Below the pieces are notes generated by a model that made no database searches, was not told where the DNA came from, and saw nothing but the letters and a program-made list of their open reading frames with translations. 64,000 nt of DNA. Origin: Callorhinchus milii. Lineage: Eukaryota. The DNA is taken from contig NW_024704743.1 in NCBI RefSeq assembly GCF_018977255.1, positions 10,604,001 through 10,668,000 of the forward strand. The letters run 5' to 3'. Each line of letters starts with the position of its first letter. Position 1 is the stretch's first letter. Positions 9,384 to 20,302 of this stretch are shown one piece after another. A program made the position numbers and the translations under genes.

Positions 9384-12300
9384 AGGGGGAGGGGACGGAG
9401 CGGGGAACTGCGACGTCATAGATTAGTTTTCAGGTGAGTGCGCGCGCACAAAAAAAACAAACAAAAAAAAACCCTCTGCGCCCCCCCCCCCCCCCAGGGC
9501 TCACATCAGAGCCCACTATGGTCCTGTTGGGTTCGATGCCCCAATCTGCGGGATAATGCCATCCACCTGACCGCTCGCTCCCGGTCCCCGCGTGCGCACT
9601 ATGGCTGCCGCTTTGACCCGAGCCCCCTCACCCCCTCCCTCCCGCCCCCCTCCTCTCTCCCCCCAAACCCTCCCCCCTCTCCATCTCTCCCGCTCTCTCC
9701 TCCTCTCTCTCCGTCCCTCTCGTCTTCTATCCCCACTTGACCCTCCCACAACCTCCCTCTGTTCCAGTCTGGGAATCCTCCGCCGGGCTCACCGTGGCAC
9801 TCGGCGTTGGCTGTCCAGCAGCAGCCACACCGACTGCCCCATTCCCCACCACACTCGCCAGCCACCCCGGACACAGACCCGGGGAGTCAACCTCTCCTCC
9901 CTCATCCCCATCTCCCCCACCCCTGCCTCACAACCTGGACCCCCCTCCCCTCCCACACACCCTTCTGTCAACCGCTCCCTCCACATCGGACTGCAAAATG
10001 TCCGCTCCCTCTGCAACAAGGCCCTGGTCATCAACGATCTCATCCTTGATGAGAACGTTGATATCATGGCCTTGACAGAAACGTGGCTCACCCCAGGCGA
10101 CACCTTCCCCCTCACGGAGGCCACGCCACCCGGCTACACCTCCCACCACATCCCCCGCCCCAACCGCCGTGGCGGTGGTGTTGCCCTTATCTCAAGGACA
10201 CCACTTGCCCTATCCCCCTACTCCTCTGGCTCTTTCCCCTCCTTCGAGCACCTCACCCTCTCCCACCCCTCATTCCTCTCCCTTAAAATCCTCCTCCTCT
10301 ACCGGCCCCCTAAAACCTCTCCCACCTTCATCTCTGACATTTCAACACTCCTCACATCTCTTTGCCTCTCCTCTGATCGCCTCATCATCCTGGGCGACTT
10401 TAACCTACACTTCACCCCCTCCTGCTCCATCTCCACAGACTTCTCTTCCCTGCTCTCCTCACTCAACCTTTCCCTACACATAAACTCCCCCACTCACAGT
10501 CACGGCCACCCACTCGATTTGGTGATCACCCGGGGCCTCAGTGTCTCGGATGTCACTATTACCGACAAGGCCATCTCCGACCACTACTTCATCTCCTTCA
10601 CCACCTCCACCCCCCTCCCCACCTCCACCAGACCCACCACCATCTTCTACCGCCCTTGGAAGAAGTTACCCCCACAATCCCTAACCGATGCCTTGGAGTC
10701 CTCTGAACTCCTCTCCCTCTGGCCTTCAACCCTCACCGACCCCTCTTCTCCTCTCTCCCTCCTCCACAATATCCTCTCCTCCACACTCGATACTCTTGCC
10801 CCCATCACTTCCCGCACTGTCTCCTACTCCCGCTCCTCCCCCTGGTACACCACCCACCTCCGCTCACTGAAATGCCAGGTGCGGGCTGCTGAACGCACCT
10901 TTGTCAAATCTGGCCTAACGGTCCACCGACAAATCTGGCTGGACCTCCTCAAAATTTACCGCTCCACTCTAGCCTCGGCCAAGTCGTCCTTCTACTCCAG
11001 GATAATCCTGGAGGCGAAGAACAACCCCAGGCTACTGTTTTCCACCACATCCCGACTCCTCCGTCCCCCCGCCACCCCGCGCAGGTCATCTCCTCCAACC
11101 TTCACTGCGAGGAGATGCTGGATTTCCTTGAATCCAAGATCAAGGGAATCCGCTCCGCGGTCACTTCCCCTCCAACTTCCACCCACCACCCACCCCTTCC
11201 CTCCCACACTCCGACTCCTACCCATCCTCCCCTACACACCTTCGTACCCGTTTCCCCACCCTCTGTCACTGAACTCATCCTATCCCTAAAACCAACCACC
11301 TGCTCCCTTGACCCCATCCCCACTCCACTCCTTATCTCCCAGCTCCATTTTCTTGCCCCACACATCACTGACATCATAAACCTGTCCCTCTCCTCTGGCT
11401 CTGTCCCCATTCCATTAAAAACTGCCATCATCACGCCCACCCTGAAAAAACCCTCCCTTGATGCGTCGCAGCTATCAAGCTACCGGCCCATCTCCAACCT
11501 CCCCTTTCTCTCCAAGGTCTTGGAAAGAGTTGTCGCCTCCCAACTGCGCTCTTTCCTCTCCACCCATTCTCTTTTTGAACCCCTTCAGTCAGGTTTCCGT
11601 GCTGCTCATAGCACAGAAACTGCCCTGGTCAAGGTCACCAATGATATCCTGACTATCTGTGACCAGGGCTCCCTCTGTCTCCTCGTCCTCCTCGACCTAT
11701 CGGCAGCATTCGATACGGTCGACCACGCTATCCTACTCCACCGCTTGTCCTCCCACCTCAACCTTCAAGGCACTGTCCTTGAATGGTTTAGCTCTTACCT
11801 TTCCCACCGTCTTCACTTCGTCTCAACGAATGGCTTCTCCTCCACCCCCCGTACTGTCTCATGTGGTGTCCCTCAGGGCTCTGTCCTCGGTCCCCTCCTC
11901 TTCACCCTCTATATGCTCCCCCTCGGTGACATCATCCGCAAACATGGGGTTAACTTCCACATGTATGCGGATGACACCCAACTCTACCTTTCCTCCTCTA
12001 CTCTCAACTCCACGACCACCGATGTCCTGACAGCCTGCCTGTCCGACATCGAGTCCTGGACGAGAGACAACTTTCTTCAGCTCAACGTGCGAAAAACCGA
12101 GGCCCTCCTGATTGGCTCACGTCAGCGCCTCCGCACCTCAGGCGCTGACACCATCAGCATCCAAGGCTGCACTCTCCACCTCTCAAAGCCAGTCAGGAAC
12201 CTCGGCGTTTTGTTCGACCCTGAGCTGTCCTTTCTCCCTCACATCCGCACCACAACTGGCACCGCCTTCCATCACCTCCGGAATATCGCCAGATTACGGC

Positions 12301-13014
12301 ACTACCTCACCCCTCACGCTGCTGAAACCCTGGTTCACGCCTTTGTCACCTCAAGGCTGGACTATGGGAACTCTCTCCTCGCCGGCCTTCCCGCCACCTC
12401 CCTCCACAAGCTGCAGGTCATTCAGAACTCTGCAGCTCGTGTACTGTCCCGCACCAGGCTTCGGGACCACATCACTCCTACCCTCGCTCGCCTCCACTGG
12501 CTCCCCATCCCCCAGAGGATTGATTTCAAGATCCTCATCCTCACCTACAAGGCCATTCACGGCCTTGCTCCCTCCTACCTCTCCAACCTACTATCCCCTA
12601 CCTACCTGCCCGTACCCTCCGTTCCTCTGGCTCCGGTCTGCTCCACGTCCCCCGCCCCAACCGCCCTACTATCGGTGGTCGGGCCTTCAGCCTCTCAGCC
12701 CCGAGGCTCTGGAACTCCATCCCCCAGTGCCTTCGCCTTGCTTCCTCCCTTTCCTCCTTCAAGGCCGGTCTCAAAACCTTTCTCTTTGACCGAGCCTTCA
12801 GCTCCCCTCTCGACTCTCTTCCTCCTCCTCGCTCCCTCCCTTCCCTCCCTCACCCTGACCATTTCCCCCTCCTCTCTCCCTCCCTTCCCTCCCCTCACCC
12901 TGACCATTTCCCCCCTGCTCGGGTCATGACCCAACTGTGCAGCGCCTTGGGACGTCCTCCTGACGTGAAAGGCGCTCTATAAATGGAATCTTGTTGTTGT
13001 GTTGTTGTTGTTGT
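9210..13014 (+). mobile_element. Apparently full-length, single-ORF L2-clade LINE (about 3.8 kb)
   Basis: TSD TGGGAG at 9204-9209 and 13015-13020; ~390-bp CpG-rich 5' UTR; APE endonuclease plus RT ORF; 3' stem-loop AGCGCCTT…AAGGCGCT; (TTG)n tail. Confidence 0.95.
9601..12858 (+). CDS. L2 ORF2: APE endonuclease + reverse transcriptase, frameshifted at ~11070 and ~12597
   Basis: ATG at 9601; endonuclease motifs LQNVRSL, LTETWL, GGGVAL, ILGDFN, GHPLDLV, SDHY; RT motifs [46 protein letters not shown]-terminal LHWLPI. No internal stop codons, only single-base deficits in C-runs. The end is placed at the TGA used by sister copies. Confidence 0.85.
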
Positions 13015-13649
13015 TGGGAGGGAAGGGGTGGGTGGTGGGTGGATGTTGGAGCAGAAGTGACCGCGGAGCGAATTCCCTTGATCTTGGATTCAAGGAAATC
13101 CAGCATCTCCTCACAGTGAAGGTTGGAGGAGATGACCTGCGCGGGGGGGGGGGCGCGGAGGAGTTGGGATGTGGTAGAGAACAGTAGCCTGGGGTTGTCC
13201 TTCGCCTCCAGGATTATCCTGGAGTAGAAGGACGATTTGGCCGAGGCTAGAGTGGAGCGGTAGATTTTGAGGAGGTCCAGCTAGATTTGTCGGTGGACCG
13301 TTAGGCCAGATTTGACCCAGGTGCGTTCAGTGGCCCGCACCTGGCTCTTCAGTGAGCGGAGGTGGGTGGTGAACCAGGGGGAGGAGCGAGAGTAGGAGAC
13401 AGTACGGGAGGTGATAGGGGCAAGAGTGTCAAGTGTGGAGGAGAGGGTGTTGTGGAGGAGGGTGAGAGCAGAAGAGGGGTCGGTGAGGGTTGAAGGCCAG
13501 AGGGAGAGGAGTTCAGAGGACTCCAAGGCAGCAGTTAGGGATTGAGGGGGTAACTTCTTCCAGGGGCGGTAGAAAATGGTGGTGGGTCTGGTGGAGGTGG
13601 GGAGGGGAGTGGAGGTGGTGAAGGAGATGAAGTAGTGGTCGGAGATGGC
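13015..13649 (-). mobile_element. Young L2 LINE, 5' part of the interrupted host copy
   Basis: [12 protein letters not shown]…[12 protein letters not shown], equivalent to ~10568-11206 of the intact copy. Rejoins 7451-9209 exactly across the TGGGAG TSD. Confidence 0.93.
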
Positions 13650-14089
13650 TATATCTTCAAATGAGCCAAGCAAGAGATGTTTGTCAACTACTTATGAACT
13701 TTGATAATGACTTTAATATTGCCATTACAGTAACATTGCTCTACGTGAGAATAACAGAAAATGTTGTTTGGCGTAAGCCTGGCTATCGTAATTATCTTAT
13801 TGCAACTTTTCTGCCTTATTAAGTAAACAAGCTTTAAAACATAAAACTAGTGACTTTGGTTCCCCTGTTCAAGGTTCCTAATATAAAACTGAGGCTAACA
13901 GAATAAGCTGGTCTTTTCTGGAAACACTTTGTCCCAGGCTGCAGCAGAGTGGTTAAGTTCACCATTGACTGTACATTCGAACCCAACAGCATCACATCCA
14001 AAATAGAAGAATTATAAGGACTAAAATGTAATCTGGGCTGGAAAGTCTGTCCCTGTTTGATGGTTCTCAACTTCAGCTATTTGTCTGGA

Positions 14090-14470
14090 GTGTCAGCAAT
14101 AACTCAGTTGGGTAGCACTGTCACCTCTGAGTCGGTGAAAGTTGTGGGTTCAATCCCTACGTCGGGACTTTGAACCCATATAGTCTATGCTGACACAAAA
14201 CTAACAGTTAGAAGTGCCGTTCTTCAGATGAGACATTAAACTCATCTGCTTGTTCAGATGGATGTCAAAGATTCCAAGGCACTATCAAAAAATCTCATAG
14301 ATTAAATTAGTCTTTTAATTTAAGTCTGCTTGTGTGACATTGCTGTGCAGAGATGGGCTGCATTGTCTGGTTACAAAATATAGTCACTAAACTTTGCAGT
14401 ATATCCTGTGACATGCTTTGAGATGTCCTCCTGCCATGAAAGGTGGGCTACAAAATGCAAGGATTATTAT
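14090..14470 (+). mobile_element. tRNA-derived Deu-domain SINE family B (SacSINE1-like)
   Basis: GTGTCAGC…CTCAGTTGGGTAGCACT…CTGAGTC…GTTGTGGGTTCAATCCC head, CAGATGAGACATTAAAC, Deu-like core, tail AAATGCAAGG(ATT)n. Confidence 0.8.
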
Positions 14471-15037
14471 TATACTCATCATCACATTCAGTCCCTTCTC
14501 TTTTAGAAACACATCATCTGGGTGTTTTTATTTAAAAAAATTACACTCCATGTCTTTCCAATTAATTCCACAAATCTGTTCAGCTCTACTTATTTCCAAC
14601 TTTGTACATTTTGCAATATGTAATCATAATCGCCAGTAATAATCATCACAGTATTGATAATTGCAGTCAAAATCAGTCGATACCTAAAGAACAGTTTAAT
14701 TTTCTCCTTGATTTAAGCACAATGGTTGGACCTGAGGCCAACCTGAAAACTACCAATAAAGTTGTCAGCCCACATAATGTGGGCCATTAATCTGATGGTT
14801 CATAGTATATGGTTTTAATTGAAGAAAATAATCTGGTTAAAGACTGTATCCCACAAACCAGTGTTTAGGCACATTATCCCACAGGGTGGTGACTGCAGTG
14901 TTGCCTTTAGGCCAATTTTGGGCCTAGTCACTGTGCCAAAATAGTGTGGTTACACACCATGACCAGAGTTAGTTATTGTTTGACACTGATTGCCATTTTC
15001 CTCCGGGTGATAATTACTGGTGGTGACATTTAGCACA

Positions 15038-17420
15038 TCATAGAATCATAGCATTATACAGCGCAGAAGGCCAGCTTTTTGAAAAGAGGTATCCAATTCA
15101 ATCCCACTCCCCCGCTCTCTCCCCATAGTCCTGCAAACTTGTCCTCCCCAAATAATTATCTACTTTTCCCTTAAAAGTTGTTATCGAATCAGCTTCCACC
15201 ACCCCTTCAGGCAATGCAATCTGGATCTGAATAGCCCTCTGTGTGAAAAAAATTTTCCTCTATTTCTTTTAATAACTATTTTAAATCGGTGTCCTTGGGT
15301 TATCGACCCACCCGCTAGTGGAAATAGTTTTTCCTTATTCACCCTATCGAATCCCCTCATAATTTTGAAAACTTCTATAAAGTCTCCTCTTAACCTTCTC
15401 TGCTCCAAAGAGAATAATCCTCGCTTCTCTAGTCTCTCCTGATAACTGAAGTGCCTCATTCCTGGTACCATCCTGGTAAATCTCCTTTGCACCCTCTCCA
15501 ATGCCTTGACATCCTTTCTAAAGTGTAGTGCCCAGAACTGAACACAGTACTCCAGCTGAGGCCTAACCAGTGTTTCATAAAGGTTCATCATAACTTCCTG
15601 ACTTTTGTATTCTATGCCCCTATTTAAAAAACCTAGTGTCCCGTATGCTTTTTTAATAGCTTTATCTGCCTGTCCTGCCACCTTCAAAGATTTACTTATA
15701 TAAACCCCAGGTCTCTCTGTGCCGTCACCCCTTTTAAGATTGTACCATCAGCGTATATTGCCTCTCCTCATTCTTCCTCCCAAAATGCATCACTTTGCAT
15801 TTCTCCGCAATAAAATTCATCTGCCACCTGTCTGCCCATTTTACCAGTCTGTCTATCTCCCATTGCAGTCTGCTACTATCCTCCTCACTATTTATTACTT
15901 TTCCTAGCTTAGTATCATCTGCAAACTTCTATAAAGTCTCCCCTTAACCTTCTCCCTGTACCCAAGTTCAGGTAATTTATATAGATCAAAAACAGCAGTG
16001 GTTCCAATACTGACCCCTAGGAACACCACTGCATGCTTCCCTCCAGTCAGAAAAACCAAAACAACTATTCACCACCACTCTCTGCTTTCTGTCTCCCAGC
16101 CAGTTCTGTATCCATGCTGCCACTGTCCCTTTTATACCGTGGGCTTCTATTTTGCTTACAAGTCTCTTATGTGGTACTTTATCAAACACCTTTTGAAAAT
16201 CCATATAAACTACATCAACTGCACAACCTTCATACACCCTTTCCGTTACTTCATCAAAAAACTCTGTTAGGTTTGTTAGACATGATTTGCCTTTAACAAA
16301 TCTGTATTGGCTGTCCAGATATTTTTGTAAGTGAAAATGTATTTTGTCCCATTTATAGTCTCTAGAAGTTTCCCAACCACTGACATTAGGCTCCTATCAT
16401 TAACTACTGCTCCATCTCCAACCTCCCTTTCCTCTCCAACATCCTGGAATGAGTCGTTGCTTCCCAGCTTCACTCCTCCCTCTCCTGCCACTGCTTTCAT
16501 GGACTCGTACAACCGGGTTTCCTCCCACAGAGCAGAAACAGCCCTGGTCAAAATGACAAATAATATTCTGTCCTTCTGTGACCAGGACTCCCTTTGCCTC
16601 CTCCATCAAATCCCTCCTTCTCTGGACTATTCCTTATTGCATTGCTATTCATCTCTCCCAGCTCTCTATGTAATTTTTTTTCCCTCTCAGATGCTACATG
16701 TTGATTCCCTTTCCCCCATCAAAATTAGTTTAAACGCTTCCCCGCAGCACTAGTTAACATCCCTGCGAGGACATTGGTCCCAGCCTTGTTCAGATGTAAC
16801 CCATCCACCTTGTACAGGTCCCACCTGCCCCAGAACTGGTCCCAATGATCCAGGATCCTGAAGCCTTCCTTTCTGTACCTTTCCTCGAACCCTGCATTCA
16901 TGTGTTTCATCCTGCTGTTTTGATACTCACTTGTGCAAGGCACTGGGAGTAATCCAGAGATCCCCACCTTTGAGGTCCTATTATTTAGATTTTTCCCAGC
17001 TTCTGATACTCTCCCTGTAGGATCTCAGCCCTTTTTTCCCTACATTGTGGATCTCAACATGGACCACGACTTCTAGATGTTCCCCTTCCCCCTATTGAAC
17101 GTTTTGCACCTGTTCAATGATGTCTTTAACCTTGGCACCAGAGAGGCAACGTACCATGCGAGAGTCACGTCTTTGGTTGCAGAAACGCCTGTCTACTCCT
17201 TTCACGATTGGGTCCCCAATGTCCACCGCATTGACATTCTTCCCTGTGTGCCCCTGTGTATCCATTTGCTTTTGACTTCCCTCCCGAGAGGTGTTATCAT
17301 CCTCACCAGTATTCAGTACAGAGAGCTCGATCAGCCGGAGGCACTTCCTACACACATGTTTGTCCAGGGCACACAAAGCATCCTGGAGTTCCCACATGGC
17401 ACACATTGTTGCAATTTTCA
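15038..17420 (-). mobile_element. CR1 LINE, decayed, with large internal deletions
   Basis: RT/C-terminal motifs MDFQKVFDKVPH, LVRPQLEYCVQFW, LEQRRLRGD; ORF1 esterase pieces IGDPIVKG, LSGAKVKD, DGLHLN; zinc-finger-like CAMW…CRKC; TGATTCTATGA tail at ~15040. Confidence 0.9.
16395..16605 (+). mobile_element. L2 internal RT fragment lying at the CR1 deletion junction
   Basis: CCATCTCCAACCTCCCTTTCCTCTCCAA…GAAACAGCCCTGGTCAAAATGACAAATAATATT matches 11480-11680. Confidence 0.75.
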
Positions 17421-17861
17421 CCTCTTGTTAGAAACTTTGTCAAGATCCATGTTTTTGGAAAGGATCCTTTAAAAGCCAGGCTTTCATCGCATCTTCATTT
17501 ATTTCCGATTCTCTCCCATTCTTTTTCCCTACTCTCAAGCTTGGCAGTGAATCATATGATTGGGTTTGGCCCATCGCTTAGGATTCTCAACCAAAAATCT
17601 TTGTTGGATCTTGACTGTTCTTGTTTCATTTGTGTTGGGTGTGTGTGTGCGTGCATGTGTGTTTTGATTTCTTTGATTTTCAATAATAATAATCCTTCTA
17701 TTTGATATAGCGTTATACACAGTCCATGCAAAACTAATTTAAAAAACTGCCACCAGCCTTAAGGGGGAAGCTCACATTACCTGAATCTGTATTCTGTAAA
17801 GAAGGCTGACAAACAAACTACAGGAAATTGCTTGAAATCTACATTCCATGTTAACAAAACA

Positions 17862-18030
17862 TTAATAATAATAATCTTTGCATTTGATATAGCACCTTAT
17901 CGCATCGTTGATACGTCTCAAAGCACTTCACAGAATATACTGTAAATTGAAGTTACTATATATTTTGTGGGTGAATCATGGTAGCCAATTGAGCACAGCA
18001 GTGTCCCACAAATAGTCGTGGATTCAATTA
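17862..18030 (-). mobile_element. SINE family A, 3' half
   Basis: (TAA)n-CTTTGCATTTGATATAGC…CACAGCAGTGTCCCACAAA. Confidence 0.75.
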
Positions 18031-18349
18031 ATATATTTTTTGAAAATACACAGAATTTGGTGAAATTTTAAAAAGCATTTTTAGGACAGACATCAGGAAT
18101 CATTTATTTATGCACAAGTCAATCAATAGCTAAATAGAGTTACCAGGAAGGTTGGTAGTGGCCAGAATATTGAATTTGCTTAAAAACAATATGTTGCAAT
18201 GGGAGGATAACAGGGTGAGTATTTTTCAAGGATGGGATCAAATGGGTTGAAGGGCCTTCTTCATTGGAATGATGTTCTGATAGTGTGGGTTGGAGGGGGC
18301 GGTGGGGGGGAGCTGGAGATGACTGAGACTGTAGAAGATCAACCCGATA

Positions 18350-18680
18350 ATAAAATTCTTATTTTTGATCGAGTGCCTTTTACTTCGGAAGGATATTTCA
18401 AAGCACTTCACAGGATTCACTGTAAAATGGAGTGACTATGTGGATTTGTGGATGAACCCTGCAGCCAATTTGCACGCAGCAATATCCAACAAACAGCCGT
18501 AATCGATTTTATTTGGGGGATTGTTAGCAAGGACACTGAGAGGAATTCACTGCTTTTTTCAAAGAGTGCCATGAGATCTCTAATTACCTCCTGAAAACTA
18601 GGACAGAGCATTCAGTTTAACATCTAATCCAAAGGACCTCACCTCCGAAACAGAAACACACCCCTAGCACTGTCCTATAG
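18350..18680 (-). mobile_element. SINE family B, decayed
   Basis: Tail and Deu-like core GCAGCCAATTTGCACGCAGCAA…GTGCCATGAGATCT…GTTTAACATCT. Confidence 0.65.
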
Positions 18681-20302
18681 TGGGAGAATCTTATGAGAGG
18701 TCAGAATTAGCACCAGCCACAGAACCAGTAGACCAAACCTAATGTATTAACAGAGTCATTGGGAATAAATAATAAACTTGAAATCAACACCTACAATAAA
18801 CATAGACAATACAATTTACAATAAATCCTGTGAAGCACTTTGAAATGACCACCCGATATGAAAGGCGTTGAATCAAATGCAAGAATTATTATTATTATCA
18901 TTTTCTCATGTTAAGTATCCAAACATGGCAGTCAATATGTGCCAGCATCAACCCACAAACAATGAGTCAAAATAATTGGAATTTTTAATTCCCTTCATTA
19001 CATTTTACTTCCGTAGTGAAAACAGCAACGTGTGATGTACTCGTTCCTGAAATGTTATAACAGCTTACTTCTGGAGCTTCAATCTAAAAGGTTACAAAAC
19101 CCCTGCATACCTCCTTCCCTCCCCATATCAATGTTGTTTTCCAGATTTTTATCTTGCAATTCCATGTTTCTTAGGAAGACATTTCATGTCTTCAGTGAAG
19201 ATGTTGCCATCACCCAGATACTTTATTGCTCCAGCATACATGAGCATAAACATACAGATGTTTGCGTTTATCTTAAATGGAAAAAAAATAGCTCCTGGTG
19301 TGTTCACTGCTTCATGTGCACAATATCCCTCCTAGAGATATATTTCATCACTGTTACATGTGGCTTTCATTTCTGGGAATTCTTTCGCTGATTAACTCCA
19401 CATTCTGCACAACATTGGGCCATCACTTCACCCAGTGCAGTATGATAAATATGGATTGGTAAAGTCAGTCGAAAGTGGAGTCATTTGTCATTCTTCAATA
19501 AAAGTACTCTTGCTGGAACTTCTTTGGTGTTTGCCATTGCAAGGGCAGCAAGCAGAAATAGAATAATCCCATGAGAGATTCACACAAAGAAGGTCCCTCA
19601 GACCATTTAATCTTATCCATTCAGAATACCCAGCCTCTGTTTTACCGTAAAACATCAAGCTACGTAACAATAATAATAATAATCCTTGCATTTGATATAG
19701 CGCCTTATCACATCGTTAAGACGTCTCCACATTCTATTGCAGCAAAATCATAGCTCAGTGTGAATCACTGCTTTCAGAAAGGATGGAAGAAAATATAGAG
19801 GGGAAATGTTTCGTTTTGCTGTGGAAAATGGATCCGCACACCTGGACTCACTTGAGGAACCCTTGAATATTTTTGCCAAATGTACCCAAGGCAACAGGAA
19901 GCACCAGTGTGATGATGATATGACTCACCACACTGCAGTTTCTGTTGTGCAGCTGGAGCTAAGCATCAGAGTTCTCCAGCAATAGTTTAAACATGGAAAA
20001 TATGCCAGGCTTGGGGAAGGAGTCAAGTTAATTTGTATTGTGTGAAATGATTGTCCTTTCTTGTCTCCCAAATCAATTATCTATTGCTGTCTGACAAGAC
20101 TCGAGACTTTATGATATGGTTAAATATGATGCTTTACCATCATAAAAATGCAGTAAAAGTAGCTGGAAGAGAAATTACATTGCAGTGGGTTGGTCGTTCT
20201 GAATGCCACTGAGCGTTTGTTATTTTAAAATTTTTATTGATATTTGATTACCTTGGTAGAATTCTGTAGCTGCCAAAAATAGATATAAATAGTTGTAATC
20301 TA

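Noticed and set aside
9497..9560. HDV-like ribozyme at the LINE 5' region
   Set aside because: Only simple hairpins could be drawn. The nested double pseudoknot (P1, P1.1, P2, P3, P4) could not be built.
11060..11115. Programmed -1 frameshift between endonuclease and RT
   Set aside because: The sister copy at 13131-13175 is in frame across the same tract, so this is a copy-specific indel or a sequencing error.
7553..12789. Long Pro/Ser-rich or Gly/Glu-rich alternative-frame and antisense ORFs
   Set aside because: By-products of the C-rich, stop-poor L2 sequence; they recur in every copy with no independent coding signal.
19030..19660. Possible coding or transposase relic in unique DNA
   Set aside because: The frames I translated on both strands gave only short stretches with no recognisable motifs.
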